Assembly: GCA_030390025.1 (NCBI GenBank)
Contig: CM059432.1
Span: 92,010,001-92,074,000 of the forward strand
DNA from: Squalus acanthias
Lineage: Eukaryota
Direction of reading: 5' to 3'
Length of the DNA stretch: 64,000 nt
The notes below the pieces were generated by a model. That model searched no databases, had not been told where the DNA came from, and saw nothing but the letters and a program-made list of their open reading frames with translations. Of this stretch, positions 48,531 to 60,751 are shown piece by piece. The translations under genes were made by a program, and so were the position numbers. How positions within the stretch are numbered: the first letter of the stretch is position 1; the number at the start of each line of letters is the position of its first letter.

Positions 48531-50379
48531 TTGGTCCATACCAAAAGAGTATACCCCAACTAGACCAATCTAGACCCTATCTATAAGGAATCTGTTCTCT
48601 CAACTAATCTAATTTACAACTTTGAATACAAATAATAGATAGTACAGATGTTAGTAAGTATTAGTAGAACACAGATAAATACACACTATAATATAATGGA
48701 GATTGATACTGAAGTATCACACTGGTGTATAAGTAGAAACTAATTCATACTTTCCTCGGTCACAACCCCCAGCAAGAGATTACCACGCTCTGCTCAAGTC
48801 ACACTCCGCTGAAGTCTCACTCCCAATTTTAAAACCTGCCCGATTTTCATTTCATTGAAATCAGCTTTTACAAAGGGTGGGAGGTCAGCTCCATAAGGTC
48901 ACTCACCAGGCAGCGAAGTTGAAAATTATCCTCATAGTGCCTGAGCAAAAGGAGCCATTAACAACGTGAGAAGCGTGAGTGCTAGGAGAGGTAGTTAAGT
49001 GATCAGGAGTTGATTAGGGAGAGATTGGAAAAGCAGAACGATCTATCTTTTATCTTTACAAATATTGGTTGACTGGGTCTGTATTTCTAATGTTCACTCT
49101 TTTTATTTCAGTGTGTGGTGGGAGTGTATTAGAAGGTGATTCAGTATGAGATGGGACTACCAGACAGGGTTCTGTGTCAGATGAAATTGTGTCAGAACCG
49201 CGATAATCAATAGTGTGGTCTTATGAAGACCTGCTGCTTGTTTTGGATTAATTTTAATTTGGTTATCATCATAGTCATCAAACATTTGTCCTGACATAAT
49301 TCACTGGTGCCATTCAAAAAAATATTTATTAAAGTCTTTTTAAATAACCATGGTAAGTAGAAGTCCTAGCCACATCTAGTAGGATTAGCAGAACAATGTT
49401 AAGAACAATGGGAACCCATTTGTGCCTACATCTTCTCCAGATTTTAGTTCCTTATACTGGTCAAGATAGAGCAAAGCCGCTGTGGTGCTTAATTTATGAA
49501 GATCACATGATGCATAAATCTATTGATTGAGGCAGAACAGAGCTGATTACAGCAAGAGCTACTGGTTGCGTAAGAGAACAAGGAGCAATATCAGACTCGG
49601 AGACTTAAGAGAAAAATACAGAAGTAAGTTCTTGAAAAAAATTGAGCCCAGTGACCTGAAAGGTATAGCAGTGCAGAAATTGAGAGGAAAGAGAAGGAGA
49701 CACCCTCTTTACCTAGGCTAGCTGAGAATGATCAGGACGATTGCACACCCCATGTGTTACAGTTTATGTAGCCTTCTGTCCCATGCAAATTTTCCCTCCT
49801 GCCACTAACCCTTTGAAGTGTGTCAGGGGAACCGTGATGTTAATATGGAAACAATTAGAGCAGAACTGCAGTGACATCCAATATTCTTCCCAGAAGTGTA
49901 ATTATTCAAATGAGAACATCACCTGTCAATACTGAGCCTGGTTCAGACAGCGACAATGCACCATTAAGACAGAATAGAACATTATCCCTGCAAATTCGAT
50001 GAAGTATGATGGGGAGAAAGCAAGAATTTAACAGAAAAGAGGTGATAGGGGATGGTTCAATGGTGCAGTTAGGAGAGTACAAGCATTGAGATTTACCTGT
50101 TTTAGGCCACGTATTATTATATCCACAGACTAATAAGTTATTTACATTTAAGTACTACTAATTAAAAGATGACATATAATTAGTAGTAAAACTTAATAAA
50201 AAGTATACAGTAATTATTAAGCAAAATGAGCATTTGTGTTGAGAAATGCTTTAATTATGAGAGCTAGTTACAGTATGTAATGCAACTGTGAAATATTTAA
50301 TTAGAATTTCATGACCACTAATGTCTGTCCAACATATGACATAAAAACACATTGAATCTGATATTCCTCTCTCTCCCTT

Positions 50380-52245
50380 TGCATGGGCAGTGGACAGGTG
50401 CACCATGCCCAAATTGCACTGTGCCTGTCCAGGATCAGAAGGCCTGAAATTGGTGGGCTGGATCACTTGCATGGCCTGGTTTCACCTCCGGTGGAGGACC
50501 ACCCTATTGCAGGATGTTACACCTAGAAATAGAGATGAGAGTGTGTGGGGTGAGGGAGAAGTCAGAAGAGACAAAGCGATTAGATATGAATAAAACGTGT
50601 GCGACGTCTGCTCCAGCGTTACCATTCGCCAAGGCCTCCACTCAGCCCAGAGCTGCTCGAGGTCGTTCTCCAAGGCCATCTGATGTGTCCTCAATGAAAG
50701 CTCAGCATCCTTCCACATCCTAAGCTGTAGCCACTGGGGAAACACTTCATAGGAGCATGAGGATAGGAAAACAAGCACTCAAGACAGGCACTAAAGTTTA
50801 ATTTTTTTTGTCAATGTTGACATGATTTGACAATATTTGTTTGATAAATTTGATTTTTGTACTGGTTTGGTGTTGATAATTGTCTTTGTAGCAAAGTGAG
50901 GACAAAGCTCATAGGTCTAGAGTGAAGCGAGGCAATCGGATAGTGGCTGTAAGGAGAGTGGTAAGGATTGTAAGACTGTTGGTGAATGGGGAACGGGAGG
51001 TCTGATTTAGGCGAAGTGCTCCTCAATGTGCTGGTCTCTGAGAGCTTGGGCAAGTAAGGGCACTGATGATCGCTGCCTTTCCTTCTCCTCCTTCTCTTCC
51101 TCCTCCTCCTCCTCCTCTTCTCTCTCTTCCTGCACTTGTTGTTGCCCAGGTGGTGGTAACAGCTGGTCCCTCATGATGACCAAGTTATGGAGCATGCAGC
51201 AGACAACAACAAATCTGGATACCCACTCAGGGCTGTAGTGCAAGGCTCCTCTGGAACGGTCCAGGCAGTGGAAGCGTTGCTTGAGCCTGCCGATTGTTTG
51301 CTCGATAAAGCTGCTTGTGGCAGCATGGCTCTCATTGTAGGTGTGCTCTGCAGCTGTGCATGGGTTCCTGACTGGAGTCATGAGCCATGTCCTGAGGGAA
51401 TAACCCTTGACACCCAACAGCCAGCCTGTAACTTGGCGGTCTGGTTGGAATAAAGGCAGCACAGAAGAGTGGTGCAGGATGAAAGAATCATAACTGCTGC
51501 TGGGATAGTGGACACAGAATTGCATGATACCCTGTCTGTGGTCGCAAACCAGCTTTACGTTGAAGCAGTGTAATCCTGTTTGATTGATAAAGATGCCAGG
51601 CCGGTGATAGCAGCACACAATGCAATGGCACCCTGGGGAAGCCTGCCATGCGTGTGAAACCTAGTGCTCTCTCATCCTGCTTTGCTCTGTCTATAGGGAA
51701 GGATATGTAGATGTTCCTCGTGGTGTGGAGAGCCTCCGTGACCTTCCTGATACATTTGCAAACTGTGAAATGTTGCTGACGTCACCTGTTGGAGCCTGAG
51801 AGGAAAACGTGGCATAAAAGTTGAGGGCCACGGTGACCTTGATAGCCACAGGCAGTGCTGTCCATCCCCTGGTTTGTGGCTGCAGCAGCTGACATATCTC
51901 AGTGACAGGTGGAGCAAAGATGCCTCAGACATTGCTCCTGAGTAAAGTTGATGTAGGAGAAGTAAACCCTGAGTGGATATGGCCTCCTGTGCAGTGCCCT
52001 CCTCCCCCTCCTCCTCCCCTTGTGGCAGCTGCTCCTGCTCTGTGGTGTGTTCCTTGCTGTTGCCCCGCCTCCTCCAGCTGCGAAGGCAGCCCTATGAGAC
52101 CATCCATCTCTGCAGCCAGACTATTCTGAGGCAAAGAGCAATGGCACTACCAGACCAACAAAACCTCTCTCTGTGCGGCCAAAGTGAACTTTCCAGAGTG
52201 ATACAACACACCAAAAAACACCCAGAAGTCAAGGAATATATTTGA
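50380..52245 (-). mobile_element. Decayed Harbinger: transposase (-, ~52110-51007) plus the 3' end of the Myb partner gene (+, ~50380-50790)
   Basis: VCDHRQGI...GWLLGVKGY...IEQTIGRLKQRF...CCMLHNL and poly-Glu; the + strand PRAARGRSPRP matches the Myb-gene end near 13300-13420. Confidence 0.85.
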
Positions 52246-53348
52246 AAATTGTCTGATCTACTAATAATTGTCTGATCTACTAATAATTGTAATGTCTATT
52301 CCAGCAAGACTTATGGTGCAGTCAGGGGCCTTGAGCTAAGTGTACAGTTCCCCTGTGGTGATATAATGAAATTTCCCTGCAGTGACATCATAAATACTGA
52401 ATTCCATCTACAGCATATTACTGATTGATGGATCCCATTCCCATTCATCATAATACACTAGAGTGACTTCTGCACAAACTCCCAGGCTGCCTCTGGCCAG
52501 CAATTTTAAAGCAAAAAACAGGGTAACAATAAAACAAAACTGAGACACGTCAGTAAGTGTGCAGTGCCAAATCCTTAGTGTGTGGTAGTACATGTAGTAA
52601 AAATGCATTGTTTATGTTATTTGTAGGCTGTAACACACAAGCAGTAATGTGCAATTTTGTTCTATTTCATGCTTTGTACCACTGATGTTATTAGTGACTT
52701 CGAATCAAATCACAAAACACTGCTGCTCCTTAATAATAAACAAATCATTTACCTGCCTTAAATAGGAATGCATTACTTAATCCAAGTATTGCATGAGAAA
52801 TTTTGTGTGCAAGTGGAGCATAACACATTCAGAGGAAAGCAAGATTTGATGCCACTACCCTTGAAACATTATTGGAGTGTGTAATGCAGAACAACTACAT
52901 TATTAATGCTGCAGATGACCATCCCTTCTCCCTACAAGGAAGAGATACATGACACGTAGCAGGAAATAATGGAGACAGTGAAGACAGTGTTATATACTCA
53001 CAGGAAGTGGGAAGAAATTAGGGAGATGATGTCTGGCCTTAGGATAATTACCAAGGTAAGCCATTCGGTTACAATTAAATATCTGACTGCACCATACATG
53101 GAAACGAAAAGGAAGTAGCAGTTGACAAAGCTATATAGTTAAACAGTTTTGAAAGAGAACTGTGTCACAGCAAGGTATATGTGCATTGCAAGGAAAATAA
53201 AAGTAAATGCATTTTCACACAGCAAGACCTGGTCATATCATTGCAGCCAATCATGTATTAATACTGCAGCCAGCCAGGTAATAATATTTGTCTTGATCCA
53301 TCGGCAATGTTACAGACAGTGTAGGACACTTAGATTGCCACTATACTA

Positions 53349-53975
53349 TCTCTTCTCTCTTAGGCAGTCCCTCGGAACCGAGAATGACTTGCTTCCACAT
53401 TAAAAATGAGTTCTCAGGTGACTGATGAGTCCAATGCGGGACCGACAGTCTCTGTCACAGGTGGGGCAGATGGTGGTTGAAGGGGCAGGTGGGTGGGGTG
53501 CTTGGGTTGATGTGCGCTCCTTGCGCTGCTTGCACTTGGCTTCCGCTTGCTCCTGGTGAAGAGACTCAAGGTGTTCGGTACCTTCCTGGATGCTTCTCCT
53601 CCACTTTGTGTGGTCTTGGGCCAGGGATTCCCAGGTGTCAGTGGGGATGTTGCACTTTTTCAAGGAGGCTTTGAGGGTGTCCTTGAAGCATTTCCTCTGC
53701 TCACCTGGGGCTCTCTCGCCGTGTCGGAGCTCCGAGTAGAGCGCTTGTTTTGGGAGTCTCATATCAGGCATGCGGATGATGTGACTCGTCCATCGGAGCT
53801 GATCAAGCGTGGTCAAAGCTTCGATGCATGGGGATGTTGGCCTGAGCGAGAACACTGACATTGGTGCGCCTATCCTGCCAATGGATTTGCAGGATCTTGT
53901 GGAGGCAGCGTTGGTGGTACCTCTCCAGTGCTTTGAGGTGCCTGCTGTACATGGTCCATGTCTCTGATGCCCTCT
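53349..53975 (-). mobile_element. RTE-clade LINE 3' fragment
   Basis: ETWTMYSRHLKALERYHQRCL, LRW..HIIRMPD.RLPKQ, CPTCDRDCRSRIGLISH; (AGA)n-like tail. Confidence 0.9.
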
Positions 53976-54164
53976 CATTTACCACATACTGTTGTCCTTG
54001 CAGGAGAAGAGGACATTCAATCAGTGGGATCAGCAGTGGGCAAGTGGAGAAAACAGCCAGCTGAGGCAACTTATCCAGATACAGTTCTTTTTCAAAAGCT
54101 GTTCAACTGTATATTTTGTTAGCTGAAACGTTCTTTACACCCTTGCCCCTTACGAAGAGCCAAC

Positions 54165-54730
54165 AGTGGAGAAATTGGTATGCATTACGCCCATTTTTTC
54201 TGCGCAGGCATTGGGCCCACTGCTAAATTCGTGGGGTTCATTATTTAGGCTTCCCAGGAGGCCACCTAAAACAGGCATTCGGCCTCTTGAATATGTTAAT
54301 TAGGGGCCTAACGCCAGTTGAACAACCCATGTGTAAAATTGATGACCGAGGCAAGCGTCGGGCCTGCCTCGCTAGGATTCTTTAGCAGCCGCTGCGGCTG
54401 CCAAAAATAGGTAGGTTTTATTATTTACTTTTTATAAAACCTTTCTGTGGAGCCAGGAGGAGTAGGACTGCTCCCCCTGACTTCACAGTCCTGGCGATTG
54501 GGCCCCACCATTGCCCACTCCAGCCTCCCTCCCAGAACTTACCTGAGGGCCGGTGCTGGTAAGGCAGGTGGCCTGGAATTGATTTTTCTCGTGGGGTGAG
54601 CTGCCTGTGGGGATGCGGCCGGCGGTGGCAGTTTGCCCTGAATATGTAGATGTGTAACCAATTCTTGCCGATCCTCAGACCTCTTGGTTGGGGTGCGGCT
54701 ACCTCTGGAGCACCGAGGAAAATCTAACCC
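54165..54730. mobile_element. Probable Harbinger-type MITE with an AAC TSD
   Basis: AAC|AGTGGAGAAATTGG ... GGAAAATCTAACCC|AAC; GC-rich interior. Confidence 0.55.
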
Positions 54731-54899
54731 AACAGCTCAAATTCTATTATGGAGAATTGTAAAATATGCATCCAAAGTCATGGTTTGCAATATTATGTTC
54801 ATACTTTGTTAGTGTGAATTTTAAACTATGATTTGTATGAGCACCTGAAGCAACCTTGAAGCACCCCAGAAAATAGTATGTTCTGAAAGTGCTGCTGCA

Positions 54900-56150
54900 A
54901 TATAGAGACCTTTTATTTTTCCAAAAGTGCAGGAAATGATGAAGCTGGCCACAGCTATCAAGGTCTCACAGCACAGCACCATCAAGCACAGTTCATATAA
55001 TGCACTTTGGAGGATCATAATAATAAACTGTGTGGAAGAAACACAGTTTGAGTCACAAAACAGAGGGGAGGGAAAGCGTGTGCGGTTGGTTAGCGAAGGA
55101 AAAGTTGGTAGTGGGTGGAAAGCCAGCACAATTACTAGACATGATATTTCACCTCCTGATTCAGGTTTCCAAAGATCTGCCTATAAATATAGAATGCTGT
55201 TTGAACATCAAGGCTTACATCAGTCACTTGTCACCATGGAACACATGCAGCAAAGTCTGGGGAGTAGTGCAGAGGATTCCACAACCCAGATTTGCGGTGT
55301 GTTGAGCAAGAGCTCTCTGCATTGATTTTCCCAGTGAGAAAGTCCTTAATATCTGAAGGCCAATTGCAGGTAGACAGACACAGGATGCTCCCAGTAATGC
55401 TGTTGATGCATTGGGGTCTGCAATCCATGATTTAGCTAGTGCTGGAAAGGAAACTACAACCAAGCCTGACCACTCAGCTATAGCAGGCCAGGTCATTGCT
55501 GGTGCAAATACCGGCCCCTCTGGGTCTGAAGCACAGGGAGCCCATGGGCCATCCAAACCCAGGGCACACCTTTTTGCAGGGTTTACAGCCAGCCACGACA
55601 CTTCTTCCTTCCAGTAGTGAAGCATTTAGGAATAGCTCACAAGTTAAATGTCTTGGAAGCACTTCAAGATCTGCAAGGGGTCAGCACTGAGGTGCATCAC
55701 GAAAAATCTAACAGTATTCCAGAAATAAACATGCTTTACTTATACTTTTGAGCTGTTCTGTTCTTCATTTAGTCACCATGGTAGGGACAGTTAATAGCAA
55801 TGGCATTCCCAACATGTCAGTAAACCACTGACTACTTAAAGAGACAAGTATTGTTGGGAATTAAATCTTCACCTAGCTACACTGGGTTAATTGTTTCGGA
55901 AATATCCAAGCCAGCAGCTTCTTCTTCCCCTGCCAAGTCTTGTAGCAGCTCCTCAATAGTCTCTTATATTGTGAGATTATGGAGAATGCACCATGCCAAA
56001 ATTATTCTAGAAACGCTTTGGACTTTATTGCAAGGCTTCCCCAATTGGTCAGAGTGCCAAACGTTTGACTGATGATTACCGTAGTTGTAGATGGATATCA
56101 TGAGGATCAGTATGGATGAAGGGAGCATGCTATATCTTGAAGTAGGTAAT
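54900..56150. mobile_element. Very old Harbinger relic: Myb-partner-like remnant (+) facing a transposase C-terminus (-)
   Basis: Minus strand ~56090-55900 reads IISQTFGTL..GEALQ*SP...IILAWCILHNLTI...EEE; the + frames resemble the low-complexity Myb exon 3. Confidence 0.55.
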
Positions 56151-57163
56151 CATCCAACTTTGCCTCACTGCAATTGCAGAAGGGTCAGTTACCTAAGAAC
56201 ATAGGTGTTAACTAAGCTCCCAGTGCACCTGGTCATCACATCACATTGTGTGTCTGGACTGCAGTATGTGGGAGTTTGTGGACAGTGAGACTGTCCCGAG
56301 TGAACACGTCTGCAGTAGATGTCTCTGTCTCGAATCACTCCGGCTCAGTCATTGAGCTGAAGTGCAAATTGGAGACACTCTGACACAAAAGGGAGGGGGG
56401 GGGAGTATCTGGACAGTTTGCTTCAGACCTCGGTTATACCTCGTAGAGAGGTGCAGGATCAGAATGGAGTTGGCGTGACCAATAGTGTACAGAGTAAAGG
56501 GAATCCAGGTGAGATAGAGAACGAGGATCCACAGAAACTGATCCTTTCCAACAGGCACAATGTACTTGCTACCTGTGAGGATAAGGATAAAGACTGTCGG
56601 AAGGACAGTCAGAATGCTGATGATGGTACCTTGGAGCAGGAGGCTGTCCAAAAGGGGGAGATGGGGAAGTGTAATATGGTAGTTGTAGGGTATTCAATAA
56701 TTAGGGGGACAGATAGCATCCTTTGTAAGCAGGATCGAGAGTCCATCAAGGTATGTTGGCTACCTGGTGCCAGGGTGAGGGACATCTCGAATGGGCTTGA
56801 AAAGATATTGGAGAGGGAGGGGGAGGATCCAGTCATTGTGGTCCATGTTGGGACCAACAACATAGGAAAGAGTAGGCAAGAAGTACTGTTTGGAGAGTAC
56901 CAGGAGCTAGGAGCTAAATGGAAGGAAAGGACCTCAAGGATTATAATTTCTGGATTGTTACCCGAGCCATGTGCAAATTGGTGTAGGGATAAGAAGATTA
57001 GGGAGGTGAAAGCATGGCTGAAGGATTGGTGTGAGAAAGAGGGGCTCCATTTGATGGAATGGTACTGGGACAGGAAGGAACAGTACCGTTGGGTCTGGCT
57101 CCACCTGAACCAGACTGGGACCAGGGTCTTAGCAGAAAGGAAAAATAGGGCGGTCACGAGGAC

Positions 57164-57173
57164 TTTAAACTAG
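57164..57173 (+). promoter_or_regulatory. T TTA AAC heptamer in the ORF1 reading frame directly before the TAG stop
   Basis: ACT TTA AAC TAG ends ORF 56418-57173; G-rich sequence follows. Confidence 0.55.
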
Positions 57174-57305
57174 TAAAGGGGGGAGGGCTCAGATGGAAAA
57201 GGTAGTATAAATAATAGTTCTAAAACAAGCGAAGGGAAGAGAGTAGAGTAATAGTCAGAAATTGTGCTTTAGGCACTACTGATAAAGGGAAAACTAAAAG
57301 ATGTA

Positions 57306-58037
57306 GGGCACAAAATTCGGTTACGCCTCGTAACTTCGGTTACGTCCCGACATTTAGGTTAGGCCGGACATTAAGCAGCAAGCGCTGAAGTACTGCCCCA
57401 GCCGTTAAATTCGGCTTACCACCCCGCACAGGAAGTGAAGCGCAATGTCGGGCGCTCCACTTCCTGGTGGGGCGGTAACTGAGGGGATGTCGGGGGGAGC
57501 ACTGCCGCGTTTCAATGCCCCGCCCCTTCAGTTAAAGGGGAGGGCCGCTGCGCACTCTGCAGGGCCTCTGATGGGCCACCAGGGCGGCGTGGTGCCATGG
57601 CAGCAGTGGCCGAGACGCGGTGCAGGACTGCACGATGGAGGCCAGGACCACACCAAGGCACACCATGGAGGGCTGCACCTCCCCTTTAACTATGCCCCGC
57701 AAGCGGAGATCGGCCCGGCTCGTGACCCGCGAGGCTGACACTGATACCGCCTGCAGCAGCCACGCAGGGTGCAGCCGAATTTCTGCCGCGGGGCGGTAAG
57801 GGGCTGTGGTGGGGCGTTAAGGGGTTGCCGTGCATGGCGATGACATCATCACCGGAGGCGCTGTGGCCCGGGGCGCTACTGGCGGGGGCGCGCCGCTATC
57901 GGGTAGCGCCTCAGCAGCGCCCCACCGAATTTCTCGGGAGGCGCTTTTTTGGCTCCCCGGGCGATAAGCCCTTTGCACCCTGTTGGCACCCCCTGGAGAC
58001 GCTAAAGGCAGGCACAAAGGAGCCAAATTTCACCCCC
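57306..58037. mobile_element. GC-rich Harbinger-type MITE (732 bp) with a GTA TSD
   Basis: GTA|GGGCACAAAATTCGG ... CCAAATTTCACCCCC|GTA. Confidence 0.8.
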
Positions 58038-58356
58038 GTAAAGTTATTAAATAAGGAAAGAAAAATAAGAAATCTGTGAGAAAAATATTAGAGCAGAAGG
58101 AAAGGTTAGGGTGTGTGCCCAAAATAAGCGTTCTTTTTACAAACGCACGGAGTACAAGGAACAAATTGAATGAACTGCAGGCACAAATTCAACTTGGAGG
58201 GTATGACATGGTAGTTATTACTGAGACATGTCTGCAAGATGGTCAGGACTGGGGACTAAATATAGGAATATAAACTGGTTCTGTATCACATTAAATTCAG
58301 GTTATAAGGTCTACAGAAAAGATAGGGAAAATGGCAGAGGGAGAGGAGTAGTCTAT

Positions 58357-59232
58357 GGTCGGAATTTTGCCGGCGCTCAGGGGGCGGGTTTGGAGGTGGG
58401 ACATCTGGCAAAATCGCAAAGATTGACAGTGGGCAGGAAACCCGCTGTCAACCCACCTCCAATCAATCTTCCCAAGTGTCGGGTCCCCAATTTGCGCATG
58501 GACCCGACACCTAGCGGCGGGAAGAGAATTATAGCCACTTAACTGCCTGTTAATGGTGATTAACAGGCAGTTAACAGGCTCTTTTTCAATTTTTACGCTC
58601 CTACTTCGGGCTTCCCAACGTCCGAACACCACGCCAGGTAAGTGTGGCGTGTTGTGAATCTGCTGTAATGTTTCTGCATTGATGACAGCTGCAGAAGTGG
58701 TGTGAAGGATCCAATGGTGCACTGGTGAGTTTCAGAGGTAAGAAAATGTTGGGAAATTAATTTTTAATGCATTTAGACTTTTCTGTAGGTAACAAGTTTT
58801 GAATTGTTTGTGTAGTCCCACCTCATTGGGAGAACCGCCCTCAGCAGTGACAGATCGCTTCTGTAACCTCACCTGCAGCTGCCATCTGTTCTAGCCTAAG
58901 GAGGGAGTCACTGGAGAGCCTGGGTGCAAGAACTCATCTGTGAACAGTCATTGTCAGTGTTTGCAGCACCTCAATGCTGTCAAACACTGAGGTATGAGCT
59001 GTCAAAGAAAAATTGTGCATGGTCCCTTTAAGAAAACTGGCAAATGACGCGTCATCAAATTACATCAACTGACCGGCTTTGTCTTAATTGGCCGGCAAGC
59101 CCACAGGGCGGGCTTAACAAGACCAATTGACGTAAAATCACGTCTGTGGGCCGGATGTAGTTGGGGGCGGGACTGGAACCCGGAAGCCACCTGACCCGCT
59201 CCCAAGCCGCATCGATCGAGGAAATCGTGGCC
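58357..59232. mobile_element. Harbinger MITE, a shorter relative of 27914-29623
   Basis: Colinear blocks with both arms of 27914-29623; interrupts the CR1 EN at GRGV|LV. Confidence 0.8.
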
Positions 59233-60751
59233 TTAGTGACAAGGAATGAAATCACTTCAATGATAAGAAAGGATATAATGAGAGGTAACCAGGCAGTGAA
59301 GACTTTATGGGTAGAATTAAGAAATAGAAAAGGAGTTAAGACTGTAGTGGGAGTTGTGTATATGCCCTCTGGTAGCAGCTGTGAAGTGGTAGAATGTATA
59401 AATGCAGAGATTAAACAAGCATGTAGTAAAGGCAGAGTGGTTTTAATGGGGGATTTTAACTTTCATTTAGACTGGGATAAGCAGACTAGCTCATGTCAGA
59501 AAGGTAGTGAATTTCTCGAGTGTGTTCAGGATATTTTTCTGCAACAATATGTCCTGGAACCAACAAGGGGGCAGGCGATATTAGATTTAGTAATGAGTAA
59601 TGAGCCAGATTTAGTTAACAGCCTAACAGTGCATGAACATTTATCTAATAGTGATCATAATATGATCAAGTTCAATGTAGTGTTTGAAAGGGAGAAACAC
59701 AAAGCAGCTACTAAGATTCTAGATTTAGGTAAGGCTTACTACAATGCGATGAGACAGAGACTGTCCACAGTAAACTGGGTAAATCTGCTAAAGGGTAAAA
59801 CAACAGAAGATCAGTGGGAGGTGTTCAAAAAAATAATTGAAGGTGATATAGAACCAGTTTATACCCCTAAGGGGCAAGAGCTCTGCTTGCCAAAAAAAAC
59901 CAGCCATGGATGACTAAAGAGGTAAGGGACAACATAAAACTAGAAGAAAAAGCATACAAACATGCAAAAACTAGCGCAGATCCTGACAACTGGGAAAGAT
60001 ACAAAGAACAACAAAAGGTGACAAAACAGATAGTAAGAGCTACAAAAAGGAAGTATGAAAAGTAACTTGCGAGGCATATCAAAATCAACGCAAAATGTTT
60101 TTACAAATATATTAGGAAAAAGAGGGTGGTCAGGAACAATGTGGGCCGCTTGAAAACTGATAACAGTGATATTGTAAATGAAAATAAGGAAATGGCGGAC
60201 CTGTTGAATAATTACTTTGCGTCAGTATTTATAGCAGAGAAAGAAGATAGCATGCCGGATCTCCCAAGGAAACTGATATTAAATCAGGGATGGGTACTCA
60301 CCAAAATTAACGTAAGTAAAATAACAGTAATGAAGAAAATAATGGCAATAAAGAGTGACAAATCCCCAGGACCAGATGGTTTCCATCCCAGGGTTTTGAA
60401 GGAAGTAGGTGAGAACATTGCAGATGCCCTAACTATAAATTTCCAAAGTTCTCTCAATTTGGGAACTGTTCCGTTAGATTGGAACATTGTACATGTCACT
60501 CCGCTATTTAAGAAAGTTGAGAGAGGTAAACCAGAGAATTATAGACCAGTTAGCCGAACATCTGTTGTTGGGAAATTCCCTAGAGTCTATAAGTAAGGAT
60601 AGAGTGACTGAACACCATGAAAATTTTCAGCTGATCAGAGAGAGCCAGCATGGATTTGTAAAGGGTAAGTCATGCCTGACGAACCTGATTGAATTTTTTG
60701 AATAGATGACTAAAGTAGTGGAGAGGGGAATGTCTATGGATGTTATTTATA

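Noticed and set aside
49111..49352. Plus-strand exon-like segment (TTTCAG...ATG|GTAAGT)
   Set aside because: No convincing reading frame or other support; such sites are expected by chance.
52247..52290. 19-bp tandem duplication
   Set aside because: Ordinary slippage event with no sign of function.
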